Both the position numbers and the translations under genes were made by a program. From the NCBI GenBank assembly GCA_964549075.1, contig CAZJUB010000004.1:18232-82231 (forward strand): 64,000 bases of DNA, read 5' to 3'. Each line of letters opens with the position of its first letter. The stretch's first letter is position 1. This DNA is from an uncultured archaeon. Its GTDB lineage: Archaea > Asgardarchaeota > Heimdallarchaeia > Heimdallarchaeales > Heimdallarchaeaceae. This document shows positions 39,668 to 49,431 of the stretch, piece after piece. Below the pieces are notes generated by a model. It worked only from the letters and a program-made list of their open reading frames with translations. It did not search any database and had not been told where the DNA came from.

Positions 39668-40567
39668 TTAATTTTCTTTCTGACATATAGGGCAGAAATA
39701 AATTGAACCACCAAGATATGCTTTTTTTTCTATCAACGTATCACAATTTGGACATGGAGTTCCAGCTGTTTTACTATAGAGCTTACTTTGATAACCACCA
39801 TTATTATCAAACAGATCTTTCTCTGTACTTCTTCCTCCCTTAATAGCCATTTCATTGAGTTCCTTTCGAGTAGTATCATAGAGAAGTTTCCTTTCTTCTT
39901 TACTTAACGATTTCATTTCTCTAGCAGGATGGATCTTAGCTAAAAAGAAGATATCTTGAATGACTCCATTTCCTATCCCTCGTAAACCTGGTTTAGTTAT
40001 GAAGAAATACTTTGCACCACATTTTCTTTTTTCTGGAAGAGTATCAATTAACTCATTAAATTTCTCAAAAGCAAATTCCTCAGAAAGAGGATCTAGTTTA
40101 TCATAGCCAACATGAGGATGTTGATTTATATACTTGGATTCGAATAATCTTACTTCCCCCCATCCTGAAATTGTAACTGTAAAATAAGTACCATCTTCAA
40201 ATTCGATGAATAGTTGATGTTTTTTTGGTAAGTTCTTATCATTCTCGTGATAGATAATTTTTTGTCCTCCACAGCCTAATGTGAGAATATAATCATCATC
40301 CATCTGGATAAAGATTATGTTCCCATTTCCCCAGCTTCTCTGGATTATTTTACCTTTTAATTTGTTAGTAAAAACCTCTCCTTTGTTTTCTTCACCTAAT
40401 TGGACAGAAGAAGATCCTTGATACTGATGCTCAGGCAGATTATGTTTATCCATTGGAAACAGAAATTTATGTGGTGTGAAACCTCTTATAGCATTTTTTA
40501 TTTTCTTACCCACAAGTACGTCATTAATCTGTTTTGCTAAAGCTAGTGCTTCTGGAAGTTCAATCAT
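39668..40567 (-). CDS. Fpg/Nei-family DNA glycosylase (MIELPE variant)
   Basis: IELPE N-terminus, H2TH GIGNG…DIFF, C-terminal CPNC…CPIC zinc finger. Confidence 0.88.
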   Translation of the reverse strand: MIELPEALALAKQINDVLVGKKIKNAIRGFTPHKFLFPMDKHNLPEHQYQGSSSVQLGEENKGEVFTNKLKGKIIQRSWGNGNIIFIQMDDDYILTLGCGGQKIIYHENDKNLPKKHQLFIEFEDGTYFTVTISGWGEVRLFESKYINQHPHVGYDKLDPLSEEFAFEKFNELIDTLPEKRKCGAKYFFITKPGLRGIGNGVIQDIFFLAKIHPAREMKSLSKEERKLLYDTTRKELNEMAIKGGRSTEKDLFDNNGGYQSKLYSKTAGTPCPNCDTLIEKKAYLGGSIYFCPICQKEN

Positions 40568-40615
40568 GTGCAAATATTCATGATATTAATATAAAAACCT
40601 AACTTGTGGTATTGC

Positions 40616-41659
40616 TTATTCAAGTTCAAAAATTGGTGCTGATATAGTAATTCTAGTTCCAACGATTGTTCCTAATCTTTTTACAGACTCGATTTGCAGT
40701 TGCATTTCATATCTTTCTAACATACTTTGTGTCACCGCTACATCAAGTTTTTTTCTATCCAAAGCTGCTATTTCAAGAATCTCAGTTTTTGCATCTGAAG
40801 AGAGTATAATTCCTTCAAACTGCAATTTTATATTTACTTTGTCTCTTCGAGGTTTGGTTACATAAATTTCTACATGTACTTTTTCATCAGTATACTCTAA
40901 CATTCTTACTATTAAGTTGACAAAAATCCTGTAAAGGTATTCATCTCCCAAAATGATTATGTCCTCCATATGAGTAACTTCTGCTAAGATTTGATTTGCA
41001 AAGAAATTCTTAAGATACCCGATACTATAATTGATTACATCTTTGACCTTTTGTTTCGATAAAGGTCTTTCTTCTTGAAGTAACAAATTAATGTTAGCAT
41101 TTTGAATAAGATAAATAGACCTAACCATTAATTCCCTCATTTTTTCTAATAGTTGTTCAGCTGTCTCTCCTTTCCATTGTTTATCATTCTTGAGTCTTTT
41201 GAAAAAATCAAGATAACCAATTTCTGCATGAAGATTATTTAATATGTCGTGTTGGAAAAGTTCGAAGAAAAATCTTCTTTGAGTAGCTACATCAATTAGA
41301 TCTTGAATATCTCTGCACAAAAGAACAGAATAACTGAAAGATTCTGTTTTTATCAAAGTAGCAGACACATGAAAAGGAATTTCAGTATTATTCTTTGTAA
41401 TAAATGTAAATTGACCATTTTTAGATCCTTGTTCTAGTGTTTCTTCAAGGAAGGTTTTAAATCTCTTAGATTCTTTCACAAATTTTCTTAATTCTTGTTT
41501 TTGAATATTAATTAAAGTCATACCTAAGTATCTAAGAGCTTGAATATTGGAATCCAGAATAACACCATCATTATCTACAACAAAGATCATATCCATGCTT
41601 TCTTGGAATATGATATCAAATGTTTCTTGAAATAGTATCGCTTCATCTTCCGGATTCAT
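40616..41659 (-). CDS. PAS-domain histidine-kinase-like protein with degenerate ATPase domain
   Basis: PAS (DMIFVVDNDG…CRDI), H-box FQHDILN, degenerate N/G boxes. Confidence 0.75.
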   Translation of the reverse strand: MNPEDEAILFQETFDIIFQESMDMIFVVDNDGVILDSNIQALRYLGMTLINIQKQELRKFVKESKRFKTFLEETLEQGSKNGQFTFITKNNTEIPFHVSATLIKTESFSYSVLLCRDIQDLIDVATQRRFFFELFQHDILNNLHAEIGYLDFFKRLKNDKQWKGETAEQLLEKMRELMVRSIYLIQNANINLLLQEERPLSKQKVKDVINYSIGYLKNFFANQILAEVTHMEDIIILGDEYLYRIFVNLIVRMLEYTDEKVHVEIYVTKPRRDKVNIKLQFEGIILSSDAKTEILEIAALDRKKLDVAVTQSMLERYEMQLQIESVKRLGTIVGTRITISAPIFELE

Positions 41660-41740
41660 GAAACAAAACTTCCAACAATATTTTTAGTTCAGATGCGAAT
41701 AAATATGTTGTGATTTTTCAAATATAAAAAAGTTGGTACG

Positions 41741-42340
41741 TTAGTACCAAACATCCTTTATTTTCAACCAGTAAGCAGCTATATTTACAACGAAATGTAG
41801 CAGAGGTGTGACAATTATCAAAACTATAAAGTAGAACCAGACATGAACTGCCCCCCATGTAAAAGGCAAAGCTAGAAGCACTCCAGTGACCATCCAAGAT
41901 CCTTGATCATATAAAGGTAAAGCTCCACCAGATTTAATATTCATTCTACGTTTAATAAAAGAACCTGCTAAATCTGCAGCATGGTCCCCTATACTCATAA
42001 AGAAACCTACATACCAGGGATAAACAGGATAACCTGTTGGTGTTTCTACATTCCAAGATTCATAGATTACATTGATTTGGAACATATGATATTTAAAGTA
42101 ACATAAATACCAAACTAAAACGCCTGTAACTGTTCCTGCAATAATTCCAGCAATTATCCCTCTCCAAGTTTTATGATCTCCAAAAACTCTCCTTCCATCT
42201 TTCCAATCTTTACCAAAATCAACTGGTGTTCCTAAAAGTGGAATGAATTTGCTAAGATTTGCAAATGCATTACACATTAGAACTGGTAAGCCAAAAAGTA
42301 GAGCGTAATAAACTAGGAGAAAAAACTGTTGAGCATCCAT
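41741..42340 (-). CDS. carS: CDP-archaeol synthase
   Basis: PVDFG…DGRRVFGDHKTWRG, DLAGSFIKRR, PLYDQ, TPLLH…KDVW. Confidence 0.93.
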   Translation of the reverse strand: MDAQQFFLLVYYALLFGLPVLMCNAFANLSKFIPLLGTPVDFGKDWKDGRRVFGDHKTWRGIIAGIIAGTVTGVLVWYLCYFKYHMFQINVIYESWNVETPTGYPVYPWYVGFFMSIGDHAADLAGSFIKRRMNIKSGGALPLYDQGSWMVTGVLLALPFTWGAVHVWFYFIVLIIVTPLLHFVVNIAAYWLKIKDVWY

Positions 42341-42389
42341 GGAATTTGCAATAACTAAGGAAATTTAAGTATTTTGCATCGTATATTTA

Positions 42390-43376
42390 GTGGTTTGTTA
42401 TAATAGAAAGAAAACATTAATATTTACCAAACAATTTCACAGTATCATAACACCTTTGAGGTCTCATTCATTGAGTAATAAATCTGGCAGACGAAAAATC
42501 GACTATGAATGCAATATTTGCCGAAAAACAAGGATTTTGTTTGTTTTACCTTCACTACACCATAGTGTCGATGAAAGAGGTTACATTGAATACGTAGATA
42601 TCCATCCTTGTGCAGATGAAAAATTGAATGCGAATATTCTCTATGTGGACAGAAATATGGTTGTGAGGTCTCAAGTTCCTGTCAAGGTTGGGGATGATGT
42701 TTCTAAACAAGACATTTCCTCTATGCAAATACCTGTTCCTAAAAGAGTAGATTTTAAAACAGTAAAGCTATCTCTAGAAAAAGATTTCAAAGGTAAAAAT
42801 ATAAAGGAATTTACTATAATTGACAGATTAAGACAAACACGTTTTCAAACTTCAGAAAAAGAAGAGGATTATACTTTAGAAATTTCTTCTGATCTTCAAT
42901 TTATAGATATAAAAGTTAAGTTAAACAGAAATATTGATCTTGAAATAGCGGAAGATTGGTTAAAACAGATAGCTTCAATTCTCGAGTCTGTAGTGATTCT
43001 TGACGAAGAGATGCTTTCATACATGTTATCTTACTTAGATCCAAAAATTCCTACAGGAACGACTGGAGAAACCATTATGGAGCTAGATATGATACTCCAT
43101 GCTAAAAGTTCATTCCCCTTAGCATCTTTGAAATCGTATGCTTCTTTCAGGAGACAATGGCCATCTATAAAAGATGATCTCTCAGGAAAAGATTTCTTTA
43201 CTTATGAGAAATTACTAACATATTGTATAGGTAATCAATACAAAACTCTTCTTGACATCTATTTTAAGGCTGAAGAATCAATGAATTTTCTAACATTTAT
43301 TGATCGAGTAGAAGATCTCTCCATGCTTGGTTTGATAAATATCAAGAAAACTGAGTTCTACACTATTGATGATTAA
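42390..43376 (+). CDS. Hypothetical protein with N-terminal CxxC…HxC metal-binding module and C-terminal winged-helix-like end
   Basis: ECNIC…YVDIHPC…ILYVDRNMVVRSQ; the true start may be TTG at 42471. Confidence 0.7.
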   Translation: MVCYNRKKTLIFTKQFHSIITPLRSHSLSNKSGRRKIDYECNICRKTRILFVLPSLHHSVDERGYIEYVDIHPCADEKLNANILYVDRNMVVRSQVPVKVGDDVSKQDISSMQIPVPKRVDFKTVKLSLEKDFKGKNIKEFTIIDRLRQTRFQTSEKEEDYTLEISSDLQFIDIKVKLNRNIDLEIAEDWLKQIASILESVVILDEEMLSYMLSYLDPKIPTGTTGETIMELDMILHAKSSFPLASLKSYASFRRQWPSIKDDLSGKDFFTYEKLLTYCIGNQYKTLLDIYFKAEESMNFLTFIDRVEDLSMLGLINIKKTEFYTIDD

Positions 43377-43525
43377 ATTTATTATATTTATAAATCTAAT
43401 AGCTCTTAATGTTTATAAGATGAAATACACAATGCGGTTTCTCATTCTAATTCATACATACCTTGAAAAACAGAGATAAGTAACTGCAAAAAATTTAAAA
43501 AATTCAAAAAAGCTCTCTATTTTAG

Positions 43526-44890
43526 ATGGCTGATAATCCTGCACCTAAAAAAATGTCGCTAGTTGAAGCTATTTCAATGGCAGTTGGAACAATGATTGGT
43601 GCAAGCATTTTTTCGATTTTTGGACTCGGAACAGAAATTGCTGGTAAGAATCTTCCGTTCGCTTTTCTTTTATCTGCTTTTTATGCAATGATTGTTGCAT
43701 ATTCCTATGCAAGGATGGGATCCGCAATTAGATCAAATGCTGGACCTATTGCATTTATTTTAAAAGGTATTGGAGATAATATAGTCACTGGTGCCCTTAG
43801 TATATTGATATGGATGATAAATGTAGTTTCAATCGCCTTATTCCTAAAAGGTTTTGCAGGATATTTACTGCCACTATTGAATTTTAACTCTACTACATTA
43901 AATTTCGCTATTGTTGAAGGGATTTTGATCATTATCTTCACAGCATTAAATTTCTTTGGGAGTAAAGCAGTCGGAAAAGTAGAATTCTTTATTGTTTTAA
44001 TTAAACTTAGCATTCTGGTAGTTTTTATAATTGCAGGGCTAATAACTTTAAACGTCGGGAATATAATTCCTAGTACAGATAGCTCCCATATATCCGGGAC
44101 CTTACATGCCTCAGTGATTTTCTTTCTTTCATATATGGGATTTGGTCTCATAACAAACGCTTCAGAAAATATCAAAAATTCCAAGAAAAACGTTCCTAGA
44201 GCAATTTATTTGAGCATAATAATTGTGTCTATTGTATATATTTTGGTGGCAATCACTGCTGTGGGTAATCTGTCAATCCAAGATTTAATCGCTGCTCAAG
44301 AAAACGCTCTAGCTGAAGCAGCAAAACCATTATTGGGGAATTTTGGTTATTTATTGATATCTATCGGAGCACTCTTCTCCATATCATCGGCATTGAATGC
44401 GACAATTTATGGTGGGGCAAATATTGCTTATTCTTTAGCCAAGGATGGAGAATTACCTGAATTTTTTGAAAGAAAAGTATGGTTTAAATCAACAGAAGGA
44501 TTATATATTACAGCAGGTTTAGCTCTTGTTTTTGCAATAGTTTTTAATGTGGGAGAAATCGCTTCTATCACTAGTTCCATCTTTATCATCATCTATCTCT
44601 TCGTTTTAATTTCTCATTTTCGACGTGCGAAGGAGTATAGGGGAAACCGTGTCATCCTTGGAATTAACATCTCAATTCTATCGGTAATTTTCATTGCATC
44701 CATGTATTATCAGTTTACTACCCAACAAGTAGCTTTCTATGGAACTATCATCACACTTTTTGTAGCATTAATTGTAGAATACATCTTACGACGCTTCACA
44801 GTCAGAGAATTCAAGGTTATTGAAAAAACGATAGAAGAGGATGCCAAAACAATAGAACAGGACGTTAAAAAAATTGTTGAAAAATTATAG
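43526..44890 (+). CDS. apcT: APC-family amino acid transporter, close ApcT-type homolog
   Basis: MIGASIFSIFG, SNAGPIAF, FFLSYMGFG, GELPEFFERKVWFKSTEGLYIT recalled from M. jannaschii ApcT. Confidence 0.88.
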   Translation: MADNPAPKKMSLVEAISMAVGTMIGASIFSIFGLGTEIAGKNLPFAFLLSAFYAMIVAYSYARMGSAIRSNAGPIAFILKGIGDNIVTGALSILIWMINVVSIALFLKGFAGYLLPLLNFNSTTLNFAIVEGILIIIFTALNFFGSKAVGKVEFFIVLIKLSILVVFIIAGLITLNVGNIIPSTDSSHISGTLHASVIFFLSYMGFGLITNASENIKNSKKNVPRAIYLSIIIVSIVYILVAITAVGNLSIQDLIAAQENALAEAAKPLLGNFGYLLISIGALFSISSALNATIYGGANIAYSLAKDGELPEFFERKVWFKSTEGLYITAGLALVFAIVFNVGEIASITSSIFIIIYLFVLISHFRRAKEYRGNRVILGINISILSVIFIASMYYQFTTQQVAFYGTIITLFVALIVEYILRRFTVREFKVIEKTIEEDAKTIEQDVKKIVEKL

Positions 44891-45003
44891 ATAACTCAGT
44901 TACTCAGTAAGGGGAAAAGTATAAAACTTTGACACCTTTTTGACATCCTCGGAGTATTGAGATAGGTAAAGTAGTTTATTTATAGTAGTTTATTAATTAA
45001 AAT

Positions 45004-46176
45004 TTGATGAAATATTTAGCTAATAGGATCAATTTATTTCAAGAGTCTGTAATTCGTGAAATGACAAGAAAAGCAATAGAACATGATGCAATAAATCTCT
45101 CTCAAGGAATGCCAGACTATTCTCCGCCTTCAATTTTATTAGAAGGTCTAGATGAAGCTTTGAAGGACAATGAACACCAATATTCTGTCACCTATGGGAG
45201 AAAAGATTTGAGAGAAAAAATCTCAGAAAAACTTGAAAATTATAATAACATCCTATATGACTCAGAGGATGAAATTACAATAACTTGCGGTGCTAGTGAG
45301 GCGATAGCAAGTAGTATCCTAGCTATACTCAATCCTTCAGATGAAATTCTTATCTTTGAACCTTGGTATGAAAATTATGTACCTTTAACGTACCTTAGTG
45401 GAGCCAAACCTGTATTCGTACAACTGGGAAATACTAATTTCAACATCGATGAAGAAAAGTTAAAACAAAGTATAACTGATAAAACTAAAGCTATTTTTAT
45501 TAATACACCTCACAATCCTAGTGGAAAGGTTTTTTCAAAAGAAGAACTTCTTGTTTTATCTGATATTTGTAATGACAATGACTTGATAGCAGTTACTGAC
45601 GAAATATATGAATATATCATATATGATAATTTAAAACACATAAGTCCTGCAAGTATTGGAGATATGTTTAACAAAACAATAACTATTTCTGGTTTTAGTA
45701 AGACTTTTTCTATTACTGGATGGAGGATAGGATATGTTGCAGCTGAGAGGGAACTTATGAGTGGAGTAAGAAAAGTACATGACTACTTAACCATATGCTC
45801 ACCATCACTCCTTCAGCATGCAGTCTTGAAATCCTTTGAACTAGAAGATGAATATTATATGAATTTAAAGGAGAGATATCAAACCAATAGAGATTATTTA
45901 GTAGAAAATTTGAGAAAATTAGGTTTGAATCCAATAGAGCCTAAAGGTGCATATTATCTTTTAGCTGATATTTCAGAATTCGGTAAAAGTGATGCGGAGT
46001 TTGCTGATTTTTTGGTAAAGAATCAAGGTGTTGCTACTGTTCCAGGCTCAAGTTTTTTTCAAAAAGGAGATAATAATCAAGATGCTCAAAAATATGTTAG
46101 GTTCTCGTTTTCACACAAATTAGAAACTCTTCAAGAAGCTATTGCTCGAATAGAAAATCGATTAAAAGAAAAATGA
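45004..46176 (+). CDS. PLP-dependent aminotransferase, class I/II
   Basis: INLSQG, NTPHNPSG, DEIY, SKTFSITGWRIG. Confidence 0.92.
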   Translation: MMKYLANRINLFQESVIREMTRKAIEHDAINLSQGMPDYSPPSILLEGLDEALKDNEHQYSVTYGRKDLREKISEKLENYNNILYDSEDEITITCGASEAIASSILAILNPSDEILIFEPWYENYVPLTYLSGAKPVFVQLGNTNFNIDEEKLKQSITDKTKAIFINTPHNPSGKVFSKEELLVLSDICNDNDLIAVTDEIYEYIIYDNLKHISPASIGDMFNKTITISGFSKTFSITGWRIGYVAAERELMSGVRKVHDYLTICSPSLLQHAVLKSFELEDEYYMNLKERYQTNRDYLVENLRKLGLNPIEPKGAYYLLADISEFGKSDAEFADFLVKNQGVATVPGSSFFQKGDNNQDAQKYVRFSFSHKLETLQEAIARIENRLKEK

Positions 46177-46187
46177 AAAAAAAGAGA

Positions 46188-47546
46188 TTATCTTTTTCTT
46201 CTTCTAATTATAGGTAAAACAGCAATTATAGAGAATAACAGATAATACCAATTATAACCTGATAAAGTCCATGTTCCATTTTCGTCGCTTGGTGTGTTAA
46301 TCTCTCCATTAATTAATAATGAAGAATTCTCTGGAGCAAATTCCATTTCGAAATGAACAAAATCAACCAAATCAATTGCTAGATTTTGAACGATTCCAGA
46401 ATTCACATTAATTTCTAGTTCTACTGACCATAACATTGAATCATCAAGGATATTGAAACTTAGTGTCATATAACTACCCGAAATTGAGGTCAATGTATTC
46501 TCGATGCCAGGATCATTAAGATCTCGAATATGAGATATATCTTCCATTGATATAATTGTACCATTATAAAGAGTGCAACTCAAAGGATTAGTTAATGTTA
46601 CCCACAGCACTAATTGACCACGAGTCACATGTGTCCATTCCATCGGATTTCCTTCAAAAAATACGTCGAAGAAGCTAACACTTGGATCAGAGTAATCTCC
46701 GCCATAATACTCGAGTGGATTGGTTGGAAACAGGTTATATTCAAAACTAAATACATGACCCACTTCTAATGTGACATTGTTAACTTCCATTCTGTCAATA
46801 ACACCTGGTTCATAAGTAATTTCAGTATATTTCCAAGAAAGTATAGTTCCTGCACCTAAATTTGGATGAAAGTTAAGAGTATTATCTATAACTACACCTG
46901 CATCGTCAATACCAGACTCCCAAATATCAAGTTGACCAAACATTTCTCCAAAATCATCTTCAATAAAGAAGTTAGAACAGATTCCGGTATTATTATTGTA
47001 TGTAACTTGGAACGAATCTAAATAATCATTGTAAATAGTAACAGTTACATAGTTTCCACCAGATATGTAGTAATCTATTGAAGTAATATTAGGATTAGTA
47101 ATTGCTCTATATTCTAAGAATTGGGTTATGTTCTCATCTAGTCCAGAAGCAGCATTATGGAATACATAAGGGATAACTAGAAATTGTAAAGCAAAAGAAG
47201 GTTCTGTGTTATCATTTATATCATAGAAAGATACTTCATTATAATTTACGAATAATTTCAAAAATTGAGGTGGGTGAGAAGCCTCATAGACTTCATGGTA
47301 AAGTTTTGGTAAAGTATCATTGATTTCAAAAGCTAAAACACTACCTTCAAACAAATCTTCTCCAGCTAAAGTTGGTGGATCTGCTGTATTAAACAGAAAT
47401 TGATCGTATATTCTCCAAGCAATCGTCTCATCATCAAGGCTAGAATGCCAAATTAAACTATGATCAATAGCTTTTGTATTCAGAGGTACTATTGCTCCTA
47501 ATAAAATTGCTGTAACTACTAAGGAGTAAATTGTTTTTTTTATCAT
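46188..47546 (-). CDS. Secreted surface protein with two internal repeats and a C-terminal sorting-signal-like anchor
   Basis: Signal peptide, repeat pair (HSLIWHSSL/NTLNFHPNL; YNNNTGIC/INVNSGIV), C-terminal SGY+TM+RRRKR. Confidence 0.75.
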   Translation of the reverse strand: MIKKTIYSLVVTAILLGAIVPLNTKAIDHSLIWHSSLDDETIAWRIYDQFLFNTADPPTLAGEDLFEGSVLAFEINDTLPKLYHEVYEASHPPQFLKLFVNYNEVSFYDINDNTEPSFALQFLVIPYVFHNAASGLDENITQFLEYRAITNPNITSIDYYISGGNYVTVTIYNDYLDSFQVTYNNNTGICSNFFIEDDFGEMFGQLDIWESGIDDAGVVIDNTLNFHPNLGAGTILSWKYTEITYEPGVIDRMEVNNVTLEVGHVFSFEYNLFPTNPLEYYGGDYSDPSVSFFDVFFEGNPMEWTHVTRGQLVLWVTLTNPLSCTLYNGTIISMEDISHIRDLNDPGIENTLTSISGSYMTLSFNILDDSMLWSVELEINVNSGIVQNLAIDLVDFVHFEMEFAPENSSLLINGEINTPSDENGTWTLSGYNWYYLLFSIIAVLPIIRRRKR

Positions 47547-47674
47547 AATATTTGAACCCCCATAGTTCAAGAGAAAATTAAGGCAATTTATCTAATAAAA
47601 CTATTGTTAACAGCAAGGATGTTGCGATAAATAACAATTTATAAATGTTTAAATTCCAAACGTCTTGAAAATAG

Positions 47675-48604
47675 ATGTCTTCAGATGTAATCTTACAAGT
47701 ATCTAATTTAACGAAAATCTATGGTAAAGAAATAGATTTGAGAATTAAAACTTTAGGTAGAGAAGTCACTGGTGCTGAGAATGTTTCTTTTAGTGTCAAT
47801 AAAGGCGAAATTTTTGGATTTTTAGGACCTAATGGTGCAGGAAAAACCACTACTATGCGAGCTATTTTAGATTATTTAAATATTCAAGAAGGAAAGATAA
47901 CTGTTTTTGGTCTAGACCATCATAAAGATTCTCTTGCTATTAGAAAGAGGATAGGTTATGTCCCCGGTGATATGGCTCTTTATGACAATTTCACAGGTAA
48001 TGAACTCATAAAATATTATGGTTTTTTTAGACCTGTAGATGAGAAGTTTCTTAAAAAATTGAAAAAAAATTTTAGAGTTGACCTTAGTCTGAAAATTAGA
48101 ACCTTATCTTCAGGAAACAGACAGCAAGTAGGGGTTATTGCAGCTTTAGCTTCGAAACCTGAACTGCTAATACTTGATGAACCTACATCTGGATTAGATC
48201 CTCTCATGACTTCAAAATTCCATCAGATTCTGAAGGAATTACGGAAAGAAGGTACAACTATTTTCTTAAGTTCTCATGATCTTTCTGAAGTGCAAGCAAT
48301 TTGTGATAGAGTAGCGATTATTAAAGAAGGACAAATTGTCTTAGTTGAAAACATCAAAGATTTAAGAACCAAATTCCTTCAGAATATTCACATTCAATTT
48401 TCAAAAGAAAGAATTCCAGAAATATCTTTCTTTGAAGATTTACCATACATTATGAATGTTGAAAAATTAAATGATACTGTATTCAAACTACAATTAAAAG
48501 AAAATATCAATGAATTATTAAAAACATTGTCAAAATATAAGATTGAAAGGTTGACAATTGAAGATGCTAATCTTGAGGAGATTTTTCTTCACTACTACCA
48601 ATAG
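47675..48604 (+). CDS. ABC-2-type exporter ATP-binding subunit
   Basis: GPNGAGKTT, LSSGN, LILDEPT, SSH. Confidence 0.92.
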   Translation: MSSDVILQVSNLTKIYGKEIDLRIKTLGREVTGAENVSFSVNKGEIFGFLGPNGAGKTTTMRAILDYLNIQEGKITVFGLDHHKDSLAIRKRIGYVPGDMALYDNFTGNELIKYYGFFRPVDEKFLKKLKKNFRVDLSLKIRTLSSGNRQQVGVIAALASKPELLILDEPTSGLDPLMTSKFHQILKELRKEGTTIFLSSHDLSEVQAICDRVAIIKEGQIVLVENIKDLRTKFLQNIHIQFSKERIPEISFFEDLPYIMNVEKLNDTVFKLQLKENINELLKTLSKYKIERLTIEDANLEEIFLHYYQ

Positions 48605-48612
48605 GTGTCATT

Positions 48613-49431
48613 ATGTTTAGAGTTTATCTAAAAAATCTAAGAAAGAATTGGAAAAGTGGAATCATCCCTCCTTTAATTATGGGATTAATCATACCTCTAA
48701 TTGCAGGTATTTGGCCTCAATTAAAATCTGCTTCAGAGGTTTTTAAAACCATTTTAGAAAATCCTGCTTACCAAGCTGTTCTAGGTAGTTTAGGTTTGGT
48801 AGATATAAGTAAATGGGAGGGGATGTTTTATATGTACATTTTCATCTGGCTTGAGATGATTTTATTATTTATAGTTATTTTCTTTCCTTCTCGAATGATA
48901 ACAACAGAAGTAGATAAGAAGACTTTAGATATGTCACTAAGCCTTCCAATCCCCAGGTGGAAGTATCTTCTTGAGAAATTCCTTGTTTATTTGACCTATA
49001 ATCTTCTGTATCCAGTTATTATACTTTTATTAGCATATATATCCACAGTATCACTAGCAGCAACAGGGTATGATGTTACGATTAATTACGTGACATTGAC
49101 TTATTCAGTAATTGGAGTATGGATGTGGTTTTTTGCTTTAGGTGCTATATCTTTGCTCTGTGGTTCAATTTTCTTGGAATCAAGAAAAGCTCTTTCAGCT
49201 TCTGCTGCTATTGTCTTAGGTATGTTCATCATTGTGAGAATAGGTGGTATGGTGGAGAGTGTATCATGGTTACAATATTTGTCAGTATTTCATTATATGG
49301 CTGCTGGAAGTATCTATCAACTAGATCCGCTAGTATTTCCTGTTGGAGATTTCTTCATATTATTTGGGATTGGCTTAGTTGCTTTAACTGGAGCATTATT
49401 CATATTTCAGAAAAGAGAATTAACCTATTAA
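48613..49431 (+). CDS. ABC-2-type permease
   Basis: Six TM, EVDKKTLD…LPIPRW…EK, FQKREL end. Confidence 0.85.
   Translation: MFRVYLKNLRKNWKSGIIPPLIMGLIIPLIAGIWPQLKSASEVFKTILENPAYQAVLGSLGLVDISKWEGMFYMYIFIWLEMILLFIVIFFPSRMITTEVDKKTLDMSLSLPIPRWKYLLEKFLVYLTYNLLYPVIILLLAYISTVSLAATGYDVTINYVTLTYSVIGVWMWFFALGAISLLCGSIFLESRKALSASAAIVLGMFIIVRIGGMVESVSWLQYLSVFHYMAAGSIYQLDPLVFPVGDFFILFGIGLVALTGALFIFQKRELTY

Noticed and set aside
43705-44184. Short ORFs overlapping real genes (e.g. 13147, 26635, 38322, 43705, 49119, 54620, 59574, 62656)
   Set aside because: Antisense or off-frame shadows of well-supported genes, with no motifs
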